A stretch of DNA of 64,000 bases from Zancudomyces culisetae HAW-14-8 (GCA_052426225.1 JBNJNM010000011.1:5175358-5239357); one strand, 5' to 3'. Numbered from the stretch's first letter, positions 13,612 through 26,848 are shown. The notes: generated from the letters alone by a model not told the origin. Numbers and translations are program-made.

Positions 13612-15756
13612 TTACACTGAGCACGCGTCATAAATGTTTGAAAGTAAACGTTTTTGTGTTGATTGATACAAAGTATAGCCTTTTCCATATCCAGCTACCT
13701 CATACTCAAGAAATAACAATATAAACAAAGATTTCATTGATGCTCTAGTACTCCGCTTTGACCATGAATAATATTCTGGTGGTTTACAAACATTTAGAAT
13801 GTGAAAGTTATCCGTATCAATATTGTCAGATCGCCCTAATAAGATTTTGGTGTTATTTGATAGTTTGCGTTTGTCCTGGCCTTTCTTTCTCATGTCAAGA
13901 TTGGGTTTTTGATAAATAAAATCCAAAGAAATGTTGACTGATTGCACTAAATTCGTATACTTCTCGTGATCGACAAAATCTACAGGCGTGCTAGAAAAAT
14001 GCATATAGTGTGTTAGCGATAACACACGTAAAGGTATTTTATTGTTTGACAAAAGACAACACCTGCTTCCCGCAGATGAAGGATGAGCTAAAATGAACCA
14101 AGGATTCACATCTTCCTCAGTTATTGCACTGTTTACAATAATACTGGGCACAGGACTAATCATCCTATTGGTGTTGTAAAAATACTGCTTTATCCTATCG
14201 ATCTGTGTAAGAAATTCTTGAAATATTCCCCTATTTGGAAATTGCGGTTCGAATTTTTGCAATAGCATGAGAATAAAATCTCTATTTTCGATAACATCCC
14301 TGTACTTTGAATGATCTGTGATGTAAGCTGCATTAATGAGTGTCAGTGATATCCAAAAAATCAAAAAAGGAAGATTCAAATCCATATACTGTGTTGGAAT
14401 ATTAGCATAACCCCATTTCAAGATCTTTACACCTTCAAGAGAATGATCAATGCATAACATCTTTGCCACTTGTACGCGCCAGGGTTCGTCATAAAAACAC
14501 TCTACGTATAATATCTCAGTCATACACAAATGGACGGCTGAATTTATCAAAGCAAGGTGCAAGCTCCACAGCTGAAATATCAGATTCTTGACAGTGGCTT
14601 CATCAATTATAAGAAAGTTTGCGTTCTCACATAACTGAAGTTTTTGAAGTGTGTCAAATGTATACCTTCTCAGCATCTTCGAAATAACGTTCAGTTGCTT
14701 TGAGAGATCCGTGTACCTTTTAAAATCGAGTTGATAGTCTCGTTTAATCATATAGCTTCTTCGGTTTCGAAAAGCACAAATTTTGTTATGCATACCAAAT
14801 ACTATACATCTCATTTTTGTTATATCCGAGTTCACTCTTCTGCTTTCGCTGGTCCTGATTAATTGTATATTTTCCACTAGTATAAGTGTTTGCGTTTTGT
14901 ATTCAACCCCATTTCTCCATTCATAATCGTTTTTTGGGAGTTTATTTGCGTTTTTTAAAAAACCATCATAAATAGTGTGTTTAACGAGTCCAGCTTGAAC
15001 GCTGTTGTTAAGATATACCATCCAAAACATTCTCCGCTTAAACTCCATTTCATTCTGTTCCTGTGTGGACTGCTTCAACCCTAGATAAGCACTTGAATCA
15101 ACCTTGTGCAATCCAAGCATGATACATGCGCTGTAACATTTCATTAGATCGGTATGTGTGATATGGCTAAACCTGTTGAAGAGTTTTTGTTCAAGTAAAG
15201 CTTGGAGACACCACAAGTGATTCATTTTGAATTTATTCTGTCTATCATCAAGCACTTTCCGGATGTAGTTCACCATTTCTCCCACTTTTTTAGCGCTCAG
15301 AAATCTTGTTACTCTGGATTCCGGCAACAGTTGTGTTCCAAGAATCAATATTGAATAAATCATGTATCTAGGAAGTCTCAAATTTTTTATATTTTCTATC
15401 AGCATGGGTACTCTAACGGGTATCATCAGATTTGGTGTTGCAAACACACAGAGTTTTGTGGTTTCTATCATGAAGTTCACCAGATTTATCATGTGTGTTT
15501 TGATGGTTTCATCGTAGTAGGCTTCATAACTAAAATTTCTGTTATCTATCTTTTTTATCAGCACATATTCGTATATTTCCTCGTAAATCTTATCAAAATT
15601 AACTCTTGAACTACTGCTGTCCAGTTTAAATCGTTTACTGTTGCATAAAGTGGTATGTATCTCTATAGCCTTGGTCTCTACGCTAGCAACAAGGCTTGTG
15701 ACCTTGTTGATCGTCATCATCCTACTCCTTCGGGTCGTTGATTTTTCCGGGGCCAT
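13612..15756 (-). CDS. Fungal-specific transcription factor domain (Fungal_trans/MHR) protein
   Basis: Long ORF open to 15795; first ATG at 15756. LGLHKVD...EMEFKRRMFWMVY and LPKNDYEW match the middle-homology-region pattern. No Zn2Cys6 motif in the ORF. Confidence 0.72.
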   Translation of the reverse strand: MAPEKSTTRRSRMMTINKVTSLVASVETKAIEIHTTLCNSKRFKLDSSSSRVNFDKIYEEIYEYVLIKKIDNRNFSYEAYYDETIKTHMINLVNFMIETTKLCVFATPNLMIPVRVPMLIENIKNLRLPRYMIYSILILGTQLLPESRVTRFLSAKKVGEMVNYIRKVLDDRQNKFKMNHLWCLQALLEQKLFNRFSHITHTDLMKCYSACIMLGLHKVDSSAYLGLKQSTQEQNEMEFKRRMFWMVYLNNSVQAGLVKHTIYDGFLKNANKLPKNDYEWRNGVEYKTQTLILVENIQLIRTSESRRVNSDITKMRCIVFGMHNKICAFRNRRSYMIKRDYQLDFKRYTDLSKQLNVISKMLRRYTFDTLQKLQLCENANFLIIDEATVKNLIFQLWSLHLALINSAVHLCMTEILYVECFYDEPWRVQVAKMLCIDHSLEGVKILKWGYANIPTQYMDLNLPFLIFWISLTLINAAYITDHSKYRDVIENRDFILMLLQKFEPQFPNRGIFQEFLTQIDRIKQYFYNTNRMISPVPSIIVNSAITEEDVNPWFILAHPSSAGSRCCLLSNNKIPLRVLSLTHYMHFSSTPVDFVDHEKYTNLVQSVNISLDFIYQKPNLDMRKKGQDKRKLSNNTKILLGRSDNIDTDNFHILNVCKPPEYYSWSKRSTRASMKSLFILLFLEYEVAGYGKGYTLYQSTQKRLLSNIYDACSV

Positions 15757-18356
15757 CGGACTTACTATAGTATAACTGTAACTCTGGTTTCGCAACGTAT
15801 TATTCTAGATTGCTAGAATACTCAAGTATTGCCAAGTTTAAAAAGTAATTTATCAAAATATTAGATAGAAAGTAACTGCTTCAGGATTCTCATTTCTTTA
15901 AAAAAAAATCCTTCGGTGTTATTTTGTATTAAAGCTTATATAGTGACGGATTTAACAAAAACGTTGCAAATTGGTATATTTATAATAGATTATAATTTGT
16001 TCTGGATCTGTTTATTTGACTCAATCGATCTACTAGTAAAAAAAAATTTCGCTCTAAAATGTGTATCATTTGACAAACATACTACCATTCATAAAACTCA
16101 TGGTGGTTTTGATAAGTCTTTGTTCCTTAATTTGCTTATGACTTGACACACCGATATCAAAGAAAATCCACACCCATGGTTTCATGAATAAAAAGGTGGG
16201 CATGTCATCTCGGCATTACAAGCGTTTATTTATTAACTTTAATCAATCAAAAAAAGTCACAACTGTTAGCATTGAGGTCATTCAAACATTGGTAGTGGTT
16301 TATTCATTTGTTAGCCATGACTTGTGATGATAATCTTTTTTATGTAGTTATTATATATTACCAAAAACAGAATAAATTAAATTGAAAGAAACACTAATCA
16401 AGAAAGTGTAACTAAATGAAAATCTGTTTATTGGGTTTGTATATTAGGAAAATTGTGAGATTTTTCTAAAAAGGTAAGAATCCGTTTTTTCGGATGTTGA
16501 TATTATATTTTTTTACCTAGTAGGTTTGATAGAGAATTGATGGATTGAAAAATTACTGAAGATTTATAAAGTATGGTGTTACAGTTATAGTTTGGTAGAA
16601 TATTATGAAAAGCAATAATAGTTGTATGAGTAGAAAAATAAACTTAGCCCATCTACCACACACGTTTACTACCCAAAATTAAACTTGAAATCCATTGAAA
16701 CACATGCGTAGTACAGCAGTGGACTCGGTGAACATGGTAAACATTTCAAAGCGTGTATTATTAGTGGCATATATGAAAAAAAAATTTTACTATCAAAAGC
16801 CAAAAGTTGAAATCTTTTGGTCATTTGATTGGGTATTTTTGAAAGATGATAAAGTGTAAACACATCAAGCAAACTTTTCTATTCCTGTATTTATTAATAA
16901 TTTTCATACATTCAATCAATCTATGATTGTCTTGATATGTGCAACAACTGTAGAATGAAGGGAAATCGGTTAGAGAAATATTAAATAGAATTCGTTTTTA
17001 AAGGATTATATTTTTTATAAGTACTACAATCGCATAAAAGAGCAATAAAAATACACAGAAATAAGTTAAGGATTGATGGCTTTGGCAACCCACTACTACT
17101 AGGATATGAAGTTCCTTACATTAAAATGCTATTTTTCTATCTAGATAGCCTTTCACTAATTCAGGTGATAAACCCTAACTCAAATCCACTAAAAAAATGC
17201 AATACAAAAAAGTGAACTCTTACTTCGAATCCATAAATAATTATGTGTACCACTAATTTAATAGAGAAGATTTACGGTAAAGCTATTGGAAGTCAAGTGG
17301 TTAGAGTTTTCCCAAAAATAACCAATTAATATAATTATTTTTGCATTAACACTGGTTTTTCTGTGCTGATAACAGAATTAACACCAGAAATAGCCAAGTT
17401 TAATACTGAAATAGTAGTATAGAAAAGGACATGTAACAAACTCGGTTTTTTGAGTATCAACTCTTGATATCCTATAACCATTGATTATTGAAACTGTATT
17501 ACTATTGAGCTAGAAAATTGTGGATAGGGTGGAACGCACCTATAGTTGAGTTTGCATAGTAGTCTCGAGTTTTTGATAATTTAAAAAACTTTTTTGAACT
17601 AGTCTAGATCAATGTATTTAAAATTAAATAAAAGGATGAGCGGTTTGTATGTGATATTCCCAATTAAGTACAAAATAACCAAGGTTTAGCAAAAAAAAGT
17701 GTTTTTAGCCAAATACACAGTAAATTATCATTTGAAGGTAAACGAAAGTTTATCTATCCTAACGAATAAGAGAAGCCTTTGCAAGCAGTAGTTCTAAATT
17801 CGTGTATATTTATTTTCTAGAACAGAGTGCACTCATAAAATGAAATAGGTGAGGTAAAATAATACGCTTACTATGCGTACAATTGGGTTGTAAGCTCAAA
17901 AATAAGTTCAAGAGAATCGTTTTTTATTATATTATAGAAGAAGAGTTAGTAATTCCTGCAAAGCTAATAATTTTTTTCCAAAACTTGGTCTAGATTATTG
18001 TCAATATTTAGGTTTGAATTTTATGTTGCCGATCACTGCGCATATTTAAAGAAAAAAGTAGCGTTTTAGCACACTTTAAAAACAAATTGGGTCTGGACAG
18101 TTTGTAATATGAATATCGAGAGTCACAACGGGTAGTTCTGCCCTAAGTATAATAGAAAATAACTATATTGCCAAGTTCATAAACTTAATGCTTCTGGTGA
18201 ATTTATTTTCATAGTACAATGCTTTTGGATACATCACGTAGCTCGTGAAAATGTATATAAACTGCTGCTTTTTTCTTACAAAAAAATATATATCTGCTTT
18301 CCGTTAAAGCCTAACAATTCAAAATAGAATAGAATAAAGAAAAGAAAAACTAAAAA

Positions 18357-18803
18357 ATGATCAAATCAGTAATCCTTAGCGCCTTGGTAGTTAGCTCAAC
18401 CTTTGCTTACAGCGTACAGAATGCACAGAACCAAGATGTACAAGCATCAGGTGAAAACAATATCTTGGAATCCAACTTCAATGAAATGGACGACGAGTGC
18501 AGACCCAGACGCAGAAGAGTCAGAAAGTTGACACTTGAATTGTTTTACAACGATAACTATAACGTTCCCCAAGGTACTTTCAAAGCCAAACCAAATAGGT
18601 GCTATGCGGCACCACAGTTTTCATCAGTAAGAATGAGTGGTGTGAGTGGAACTAGAGGTGCCATGTTGTACTGCAACCAGGCTAATTGTACAGGTAGATG
18701 CTTTGTCGCACTTAGAAGCGCAGGAAGCCAAGCCAATGGTATTTATGGACAACTTGGTTGTAACCGTGCAACATCTTATTCATGGATTTCTCCATACTTT
18801 TAA
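18357..18803 (+). CDS. Small secreted Cys-rich protein, probable beta/gamma-crystallin (MiAMP1/killer-toxin-like) fold, paralog 1
   Basis: Signal peptide, Q/N/E-rich pro-region and RRRR site. Core LELFYNDNY..PNRCY..GAMLYCNQANCTGRC..ATSYSW. GTATATAA at 18253. Confidence 0.85.
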   Translation: MIKSVILSALVVSSTFAYSVQNAQNQDVQASGENNILESNFNEMDDECRPRRRRVRKLTLELFYNDNYNVPQGTFKAKPNRCYAAPQFSSVRMSGVSGTRGAMLYCNQANCTGRCFVALRSAGSQANGIYGQLGCNRATSYSWISPYF

Positions 18804-20415
18804 ATTTTGAAGCAATAGCTGCTACCGCTTTTGAGTTATGTAGTTTAATTAGAATATTTAGATAAATAAATTACATACATTAATCAACTTTTCAATTTAA
18901 GTGTGGTTTCCAATATTAACTTCAGATTGAGGTTAGAGAGATATTTTCAAATCAATCGTTTAATTCAAAATAAATTCAATCAGGAATGTCTCAATTATCA
19001 GACACAATATTGTGTGTATTACTCTATTTATTAATCAAATAGTTTTCTAGATACTCATTTTTTTCGATTAGTTTTAAAAATAGTTTTGGACAAAACACAC
19101 AAGATGTAATAATGAAGTTGGGTTCAAAATCTAGTACATAATGACGTGCGAATTAAAAATATCAAATATAGTTTGCTTTAAAATGAAAAAAGTATATTTA
19201 AAATAAGATTTAAATTGATAATCTAGTTGTTTTAACTCAATTTCAATTATTTGAGTTAATCGGGCAGAAAATAAGTGTGGATAATTGTGTTTGTTCATCT
19301 ATAATAATAAGCATAGTTTCAACCAACCAAATCAATGCTTTTAAGTTCAATATTACAGGATGAAAACAGAAATGATTTACTTGCTGAATCTATAGATTTT
19401 TGGTTCTCTTTTGACTAACACATTTTTCGAGTATAGTGAGTTTTACGGGAAAATCATGGATAAGCTTCTGGAGGGAGGAGTTAAACCTTAAGCTTTCTGG
19501 AATTATTCGGGATACTAAGACCTCTTGAGCTAAAGCAGTAGCTTCCACATGCAGGTTTCTGAACAAAGTCTTTTTCACCTTGTTACCTAGCAGTGAAAAG
19601 CATTAATTGTAGTCCCACTCCCCTTGAACCAATATCCCTCAGGTACCGAGTATTATAGAGAGTTGGAATGAAGGTGCGATGAACTTAGTTTAGTTGATTG
19701 TTATTTTTATGAACTTTTTGTCATCTAAATAAATATTACTCAGTCAGAAAAACAATATTTTGTAAATATACAATAAAAAAATTTAATTGTATTGTTATCT
19801 ATATGTTCCTATTGTTCGTTTGAAGCAAATTTACAATAACTGTATTGTACTTACAGTGCTAGAACGCTTTTCTTTTATAAAACCAATAATAATATTTGTC
19901 CTCAATTCTTTTCTTTTTTCCGGAATGCTTGTTATCATTTTATTTATTATTTTTCTTTTATCATTTGCTCACCTTCTACAAGAGCTATGCTTCAATTGAA
20001 ATTTGTCAAATATGTTGGTGTTCAGCTGTTTGTACGAGCGTGCATTCTATTTTATGTTTAGAAATATTAAGGACGAAGGCTAGCTGTTAAACAAAATAAA
20101 TCAAAACGTTCTGCATTTTCGTGGCTGTACTATAATCATAATAGTGTTTGACTAAAAATAATACTTTCACGGTTTGTTATTAGCGCAATAAACCATCAAG
20201 ATGATGTTGTGGTTTATAACAAAATTTCAACCTAGAAGCACTCAAACCCAACTCCTTTACGACAAAAGCATAGTTTAAATTAGCAATAGTTGTAGTATGT
20301 TTTGGATCTTGATATTCTAAAGTGCAGAAAAAAACTATATAACAGGAATTGGTTTCTTTACCATTTTATCAGACAAACCTAACCCTCAAATTATCAACCA
20401 CTCGAAAAAAGTAAA

Positions 20416-20994
20416 ATGAAATCATTAACCCTTTCCCTAACCGTATTAGCACTTTCAGCTGGAACCGCTATTGCAGGACGTAGCGGTGGTCACGGAGGAC
20501 ATCATGGAGGCCGCCACGGTCACGGTCACCGAGGATACAGACACAGACACAGATACTGGAGAAATGGAATCTGGTACGATTACCCAGTTGCATACGCAGT
20601 AGCAGTACCAGTTACAGTTGAAGCCGTTGGAGCCGTCGGAGCCGTCGGAGCTGTTGGTACTACCTATGGAACTGGTGCAGCCGTCGCAACAGGATATGAT
20701 AGTGGAGCTGTTGGAGCAGTTGGTGCAGTTGGAGCAGTTGGTGCTGTTGGCACTGTTGGCACTACATATGATGCTGGTGCCGTTGGAGCAGTTGGAGCTG
20801 TCAACACTGCATACGGAGCTGGTGCCGTTGGTGGAGTAGGAGTTGTTGGTGTAGAAACATACCCATCATACTACCCATTCTATGATGGCTTTTACTTTGA
20901 TAGATTTGGTAGAAGACACAGACACAGACACGGTCACAGATGGCGTCACAGATGGGGTCACAGACATGGACACGGACACGGACACAGACATTAA
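20416..20994 (+). CDS. Secreted Gly/His/Arg-rich protein with a (GAV)n core
   Basis: Signal peptide, HG/HR-rich N- and C-terminal blocks, Tyr-rich linkers and AVG/GAV repeats. TATA-like CTATATAA at about 20335. Confidence 0.85.
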   Translation: MKSLTLSLTVLALSAGTAIAGRSGGHGGHHGGRHGHGHRGYRHRHRYWRNGIWYDYPVAYAVAVPVTVEAVGAVGAVGAVGTTYGTGAAVATGYDSGAVGAVGAVGAVGAVGTVGTTYDAGAVGAVGAVNTAYGAGAVGGVGVVGVETYPSYYPFYDGFYFDRFGRRHRHRHGHRWRHRWGHRHGHGHGHRH

Positions 20995-23351
20995 TACAGA
21001 CATTGTCACAGAATAGTTCACAGACAAGATCGTCACTAACCGGAGAAAGCGGTTATGATGGTGGTAGCATCCAAGTAATCGACACTGTTTAAATTAGAAT
21101 TAATGAGTTTTGCTTTTTTTCAATCATATGCTTCCTTTTTTTAGAATGTATGTATATATTCGCACAAATAGTAAATAAAAGCTTACGAATTAATAATGTT
21201 GTTACAGGTATTTCATATACTCGATTTTTCTACAGGGTTTTGTCAATTGCTATATTGTTGTGTCGTTTGGAGAAAAGCAGTATTTCTTTTGCTCAGAATG
21301 ATTTAATTATTATTTTAAACTTTCTCATAGTAAGCAAAGTGTAAATCTTTACCACCCAAAACCTTCAAGCCTTATCTGTACTATTCAATCAATATTCAAC
21401 ATTATCAATTTTAGTATAGTAAGATATGGAAATATTGATTTGGAAAAAAACAAATATTATTTCATACTAGCTTTATATTCTTTTTTTCAATCTGTCTCTA
21501 AAATAGTTCAATGAATCCATTAATTCAGGTATTCATATATATGAGTTGGTTCGTAATAAATATAAATTTAGATAAGGCGAATACTACAATTTTCGTGTAG
21601 TTGTCATATCTTTAGAAAAACGAGTGAGATGCAGGGTGTTGTAAAACATTTCCCTTGGAGTAGTAATTCTTGTGAAGCTTAATTTTATGAGACTAAAAAA
21701 TACGTTTAGATTGATGTTTTCACAAGCCGAGTTATATAGTTGAGTTTTTTATTTGACAGGTACAATTGACCTTGAAAAGAGTAGATGAATTAACTAGATT
21801 AAGAATCTGGAAAAACTAGTAGCAGAAAAACTAGATTGTTCAGTCCGAACAACTATGCGTCAAGCTCAAAGTAACAATATTGGCATCGAACCAAGAATAT
21901 ACTGGTATAGGTTCGATTAAAATTACTAGCGCTGTTTTTATTTGGTCAAGTTATACTATTTATAGGCGAATGTTACCCAAGTAAATATTTTTGAAATTGA
22001 AATATATTTAGTTGGACAAAGTTAAAATCTGGTATTGTTATGCAAACCACAGATACAATTATGCCCAGCCTAGTTCAAATATTGGAAAAAAAACAAAAAA
22101 AATGAATATCGGTTTGTATACAGTTTTTAAACCTGTATACCCAGTTTTAAAAACCTAGTATTGCTATGGTAAGATGGTCAAAAAACGAGTAATTAGTTAA
22201 ACATTCTATTAGAGACATAAAATGGTACTCACATAGTTGCATTCTGGTAGGTGAAATTATTCTTAATACTCAAATAAAGATAAAATTTTCATTCATACTT
22301 AATTCTGGTTGATCCTAGCAACAGTGTCATCCAGTGTTCTTTTATACAGGGTATTCACATCAATACTTCTAACGTTGTAAAACGAGGTCGTGTGATTGTA
22401 ATCATTCTATGTATTTTTGATCTGATTGCAACTTTTTGTCCAATTTTCTGTATTGTATACGGTTTCTCGCAAAGATCAAGTTAGACCAAAGAATCTTATT
22501 TTTTTATTGCCCATGTTAATCTGACAGTTGGATCTTGAACATCGAATAACTGGTGTGCATACATTTTATTGTATTAAGTAATATATAACTATAAGTAGCT
22601 AGTGGTGTGTGTTTATAAATTTTTGTAACCTCTGCATAGCTTTTATCTTTAATTGAGTGTACCAGCGAATTAAACAGATTCGTTAAAACCGGTAATTTTG
22701 TTAATATAAACACAGTAGCATATCCAGAATCTGCCCTCTGACTCAAATAAGAAACGTTTTGTTTGCAAAATTAATTTGTCGTAATCTATTGACTCTTCTC
22801 AAGAAGCAGGCCTCAAAAACTAGATACCTATTATCAACAGCTCAACAGTGATAATCTAAATATCTGTATTTCCAAAACTCAATACTCATTCTCAGCGGAT
22901 TCAAAACACAGGGAAAACCCATCTGATTTTGACCTGTTTATTAGAAATGCGAGCATAAGTAGTGGTGCTGGATTTGTTTATCCTTTGTGCAAAGATATTC
23001 AAAACATGCTAGTGCTACCCACGAGATCCTACTTCAATAGTATTGTCATTAGCTGTCAAACTGGAGCCATCACAGATATATTTTAAATACTTTTCAAAGA
23101 ATATTAGCTTAATTCTTACTTTGGCTACTACTCATACTTATATTACAAAAAATCTACCCAATCACTATAAAAATATTATCATATCCGTTTTTGTATACCA
23201 TGATCTCCATTTTAACGCAAGTTGAGTTAATTATAAAACGATTTTATTTAAAATCTGTTTTTCAGGTAATGTTTTTTTAAATCTGTAGCAAAAATTAAAG
23301 TACTATGCATCTAATGGCCTATTTGGATGAATGAAATCTATAACCTATAAA

Positions 23352-23813
23352 TTAGGTTCTCTTAACCCTGAGCCAAGCGAATGAAATAGCTCTCCTTCCT
23401 ACAACTTCGGATATATTGGAAATAGTCTTGGCTGATGATCTACGGACTATCTGACATTTACCGGTACAATCCTTATCCCCGCAAACCAAGATTACTCCCT
23501 TTCCTGGTTTATCCAATCCACTCTTTCTTCCGACCTTGATTGATCCGAATTTTCTTGTGTTGTAGCACTTTCCACGTCTGATACTGCGCTTTTCGTATCT
23601 GTTAACAAAATCGGCAGCCTTGTACAATCTAACAGTTGTTCTCTTGGCCTTGCAGCGACGATGCATATCGTTGAATTCACAGCCAGAGAGATTGTTGCTG
23701 TATTCGGAATTAGCAAGATCATTATTTTGATTCTGTTGGTTACCGCTCATGTTTACTGCACTGGCTAAGGTTGAACCGAGGAGCAAAGCACTGATTAATA
23801 CTGACTTGAACAT
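23352..23813 (-). CDS. Small secreted Cys-rich crystallin-fold-like protein, paralog 2 (strongly basic)
   Basis: Signal peptide close to paralog 1 (MFKSVLISAL vs MIKSVILSAL), N/Q pro-region, RR/KR sites, VRLYKAADF..GKCY..GVILVCGDKDCTGKC..AISFAW. Confidence 0.85.
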   Translation of the reverse strand: MFKSVLISALLLGSTLASAVNMSGNQQNQNNDLANSEYSNNLSGCEFNDMHRRCKAKRTTVRLYKAADFVNRYEKRSIRRGKCYNTRKFGSIKVGRKSGLDKPGKGVILVCGDKDCTGKCQIVRRSSAKTISNISEVVGRRAISFAWLRVKRT

Positions 23814-26035
23814 TTTAATTTTTTTTAGTTTTCTTTGATTTGATTTGGGTTGCTCTGATGTATTTGCTTTTTTTCTGGTGGAATACTGCCGTGTATTTTA
23901 AATTATGTGGAGAAAACCATACCCTTATATACTTTTGAGTGAGGAAATATTCTGATAGTTTAAATTGTTTTCACACTAATGTATGGTATAACGAACTCAA
24001 ATTCTAATAATTTGTATAAACTTTAATATAATAGTAAAACTCTATTGAAGTAAGTCCAGTTTATTAAAATTGCAGTCTAGAGTAGTAGCAATATCACAAA
24101 TATATCTTTGAACACTTCTATTTTTTGCAATAATACTGCATTCTCGGTCACTTTTTACATTTAGTTTATTTGAATAAACCCATCCATAAGTTCCAGGAAT
24201 ATCTGTTGTTGTTGTTATGTGTATATTAGCTGAGACACACTACTCTAGACATTTCACTAAATTAAAACCATGATGACTGAATGAAAAATCATCAATCTAT
24301 TTTTTGTACTGGCTAAACGCTATCTGAGCTTCAAAAAAACCACAAAATAAGGAAAACTCCGGTTATAGAATGAGAGTAGTAGTTAATACTCTGGCTCTTT
24401 TCCGTTTGGTGGAATCTACTCTTTATAATACAATTTTCAATGTTTTATTCATTTTATTATAGCTAGTCTAGAAAGGTGAACTTGTAGATCATTTTTTGTA
24501 TTAACTTTAAAAAATAAGATAACCTAGCCAGTTTATTTATTAAAAGTCAAGAGCTACCCTATAAGCAACAGAATGAAATAAGAAGACTTTCGAGAAAATG
24601 GAGCTAGTACTTCGATACTCATTTTGGTGGGGTTTCATTTCTACCGCAATATCATTTACTTTGCTATTGTTGGAGACTATAATTCTACTAAAAAAAGAAA
24701 GAAAAATAAAAAAAATTAGAAGAGCCGAGATTCGGTTACGTTTAAATGAGTGCTTTTGAATACTTTGGAGGGGGCAGGGTGCGTGAGAGAGCCTTGGCAC
24801 TAAGTTGGTTTTTTGTTTAATTAATACTCCTTCATTACGATTTAATCTTTATTATACTTGATAAATTACATGATGAAGTAGTACTGTTTCTATACCAACG
24901 TTTATTTATCCTTTTTTAGTACTAGTACCAAAAGTATAATAATTTGTGTCTATTTATTGCGGATAACACATAAAAATAAACACAGAAAACCTAGTAGTTA
25001 GAATAGTGCCAAAGAAAGACAGGAAAACAGTCATTGCTCAGATCTAACTAGCCAATTCAGTAAATATATTCTTGCCAAGTTTATACTGGATGAGTGTAAA
25101 AATAACCTGCTTTCAATGGTAATGAGACGTTGATGAACTCAACCAACTACAAAAAACTAAAAAGCATACGCTAAAAATTCAGATACATTGAGCAAGAATG
25201 ATTAGTTACCTAAAATCCAGTAAAAGAAGCGGTAATATTTAGATATTATACAAAAAGAAATAAAAAATACGTGGATGTGGTGTGCAAATTAAGTTGAATA
25301 TTCATTTTAATAGTAGTTGGAGATGATAGAATTGAGGATATCGAGCATAGTGCTACCAAAGTAGTGGGGTATAGAATAAATATAGTACTAGTTATGGTTT
25401 TCTCAATAATCTTCACATATTGAAATATGTATGTAGGCGAATAAAAACAATGTTCGACAGAAAATATAGGATAAAATATTAGAATCTAGCCGTAAGTATG
25501 ACAATCTTCATAATTTAAATTCCTACTATTAATGTTTTAGTCGACTGTTGTATATCAGAATTTGTATAACGATCCCATTTCAGTTATAGAAAAGTCAAAA
25601 AAAGCTATACTAATATATTTATTCTCCACTAATGAAGGCTGTTTCGAATCCTCATCATTTTCCTCGTTTTTGGGTTTTGTTCTTCCCATATTTGGCGATA
25701 TTATCGCTAAAATAGGCTAATGAGCTGTACAGAAACTGTTATTTGAAATTATTTTATTTTGCTTTTATTCTTTTTGAAATGGATTAATGCACAGTTGTAT
25801 AAACACATTATGGATCAAAAAACCAAAATATATAAGATAGGTACAATAACTGAGTTTATCTGAAGAACAGTGCAAGTTTCCAACCAAATCGTAATGGTAT
25901 ATTATTAAATTTTATTATGTGCTAATATTGGTAAAACTGCGGATATAAAAACCGGTATTCACAATCTGAATTAAAGTAGCAGACTTTAAAAAAAAGATAA
26001 AGTCGATACTGAAAACTAACAGAAAAACTAAACAT

Positions 26036-26848
26036 TTATTTGCATGGACAGGCACAACACTCGGCGGATGCTGAGGTTGCTGGGCTACTGGTTGACTTGC
26101 TTGGTGATACTGGAGTGCTAGTAGCAGCCTTTGTAGATGCAGAGGTGCTACTACCTGCGGGTGGTGGTGATGCTCCACCAGCATTGACAGTGATACTTGG
26201 TCTTGAATTTAGCAGATCAACGCCGTTTTCGTAGTTTCCATTGAATTCTGCAACTACTGGTGTTCCTGGCCCATAATTAGCTATCAACAACTTCTTTCCT
26301 GTAAAACTACCCCCATCAACTCCCTTGATAGCAATATCTGCACAATTCATGTAATACTCGCGATTTCCGCTAGCATTTATCCATGTCCATGCAAATACTG
26401 CACTGTTACTTGATGGAAGATTAGATGGTAATGGAATATCATATGACAATACCTCTGCATTATTTCCAGATGTCTGACCTTTAAAGAAGCAGTACCTGAG
26501 CACATCTTTGAGCACAACAAATGTCTTTCCACCATCATACGACAGAGCAAATTGACAATGTCCACCACTATGAGCAGCACCGCCTGGCTGGAACTTGACT
26601 GTTACTGTGCTTCCAGCTGTCCATGTTTCAACATTTTTGGACGATTTTTTATCTGTTTTACATAGTGGTTGACCGACTCCAGATGAAGTACCAATCGGTT
26701 TAGCTATATCGTAATCCACAGGATCACCAGCCGGACACAGCGAGTTGTTTGGTGATAATCTTGGACATGGTTTAATCATAGCCATGTGGGAGTATACACC
26801 TGTTGCAAATAGGGTTACGAGTACACCGAGATTGAGTTTTGAAAACAT
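26036..26848 (-). CDS. Lytic polysaccharide monooxygenase, AA11-like (probably chitin-active)
   Basis: Signal peptide ends GVYS, giving mature His1 (HMAMIKP). HSGGHCQFALSYD and AWTWINASGNREYYMNCADI match AA11. Ser/Thr linker and CCACPCK tail. Confidence 0.9.
   Translation of the reverse strand: MFSKLNLGVLVTLFATGVYSHMAMIKPCPRLSPNNSLCPAGDPVDYDIAKPIGTSSGVGQPLCKTDKKSSKNVETWTAGSTVTVKFQPGGAAHSGGHCQFALSYDGGKTFVVLKDVLRYCFFKGQTSGNNAEVLSYDIPLPSNLPSSNSAVFAWTWINASGNREYYMNCADIAIKGVDGGSFTGKKLLIANYGPGTPVVAEFNGNYENGVDLLNSRPSITVNAGGASPPPAGSSTSASTKAATSTPVSPSKSTSSPATSASAECCACPCK

Noticed and set aside
19390-19690. Coding-like GC-richer patch
   Set aside because: Internal stop, no ATG and no recognisable motif.
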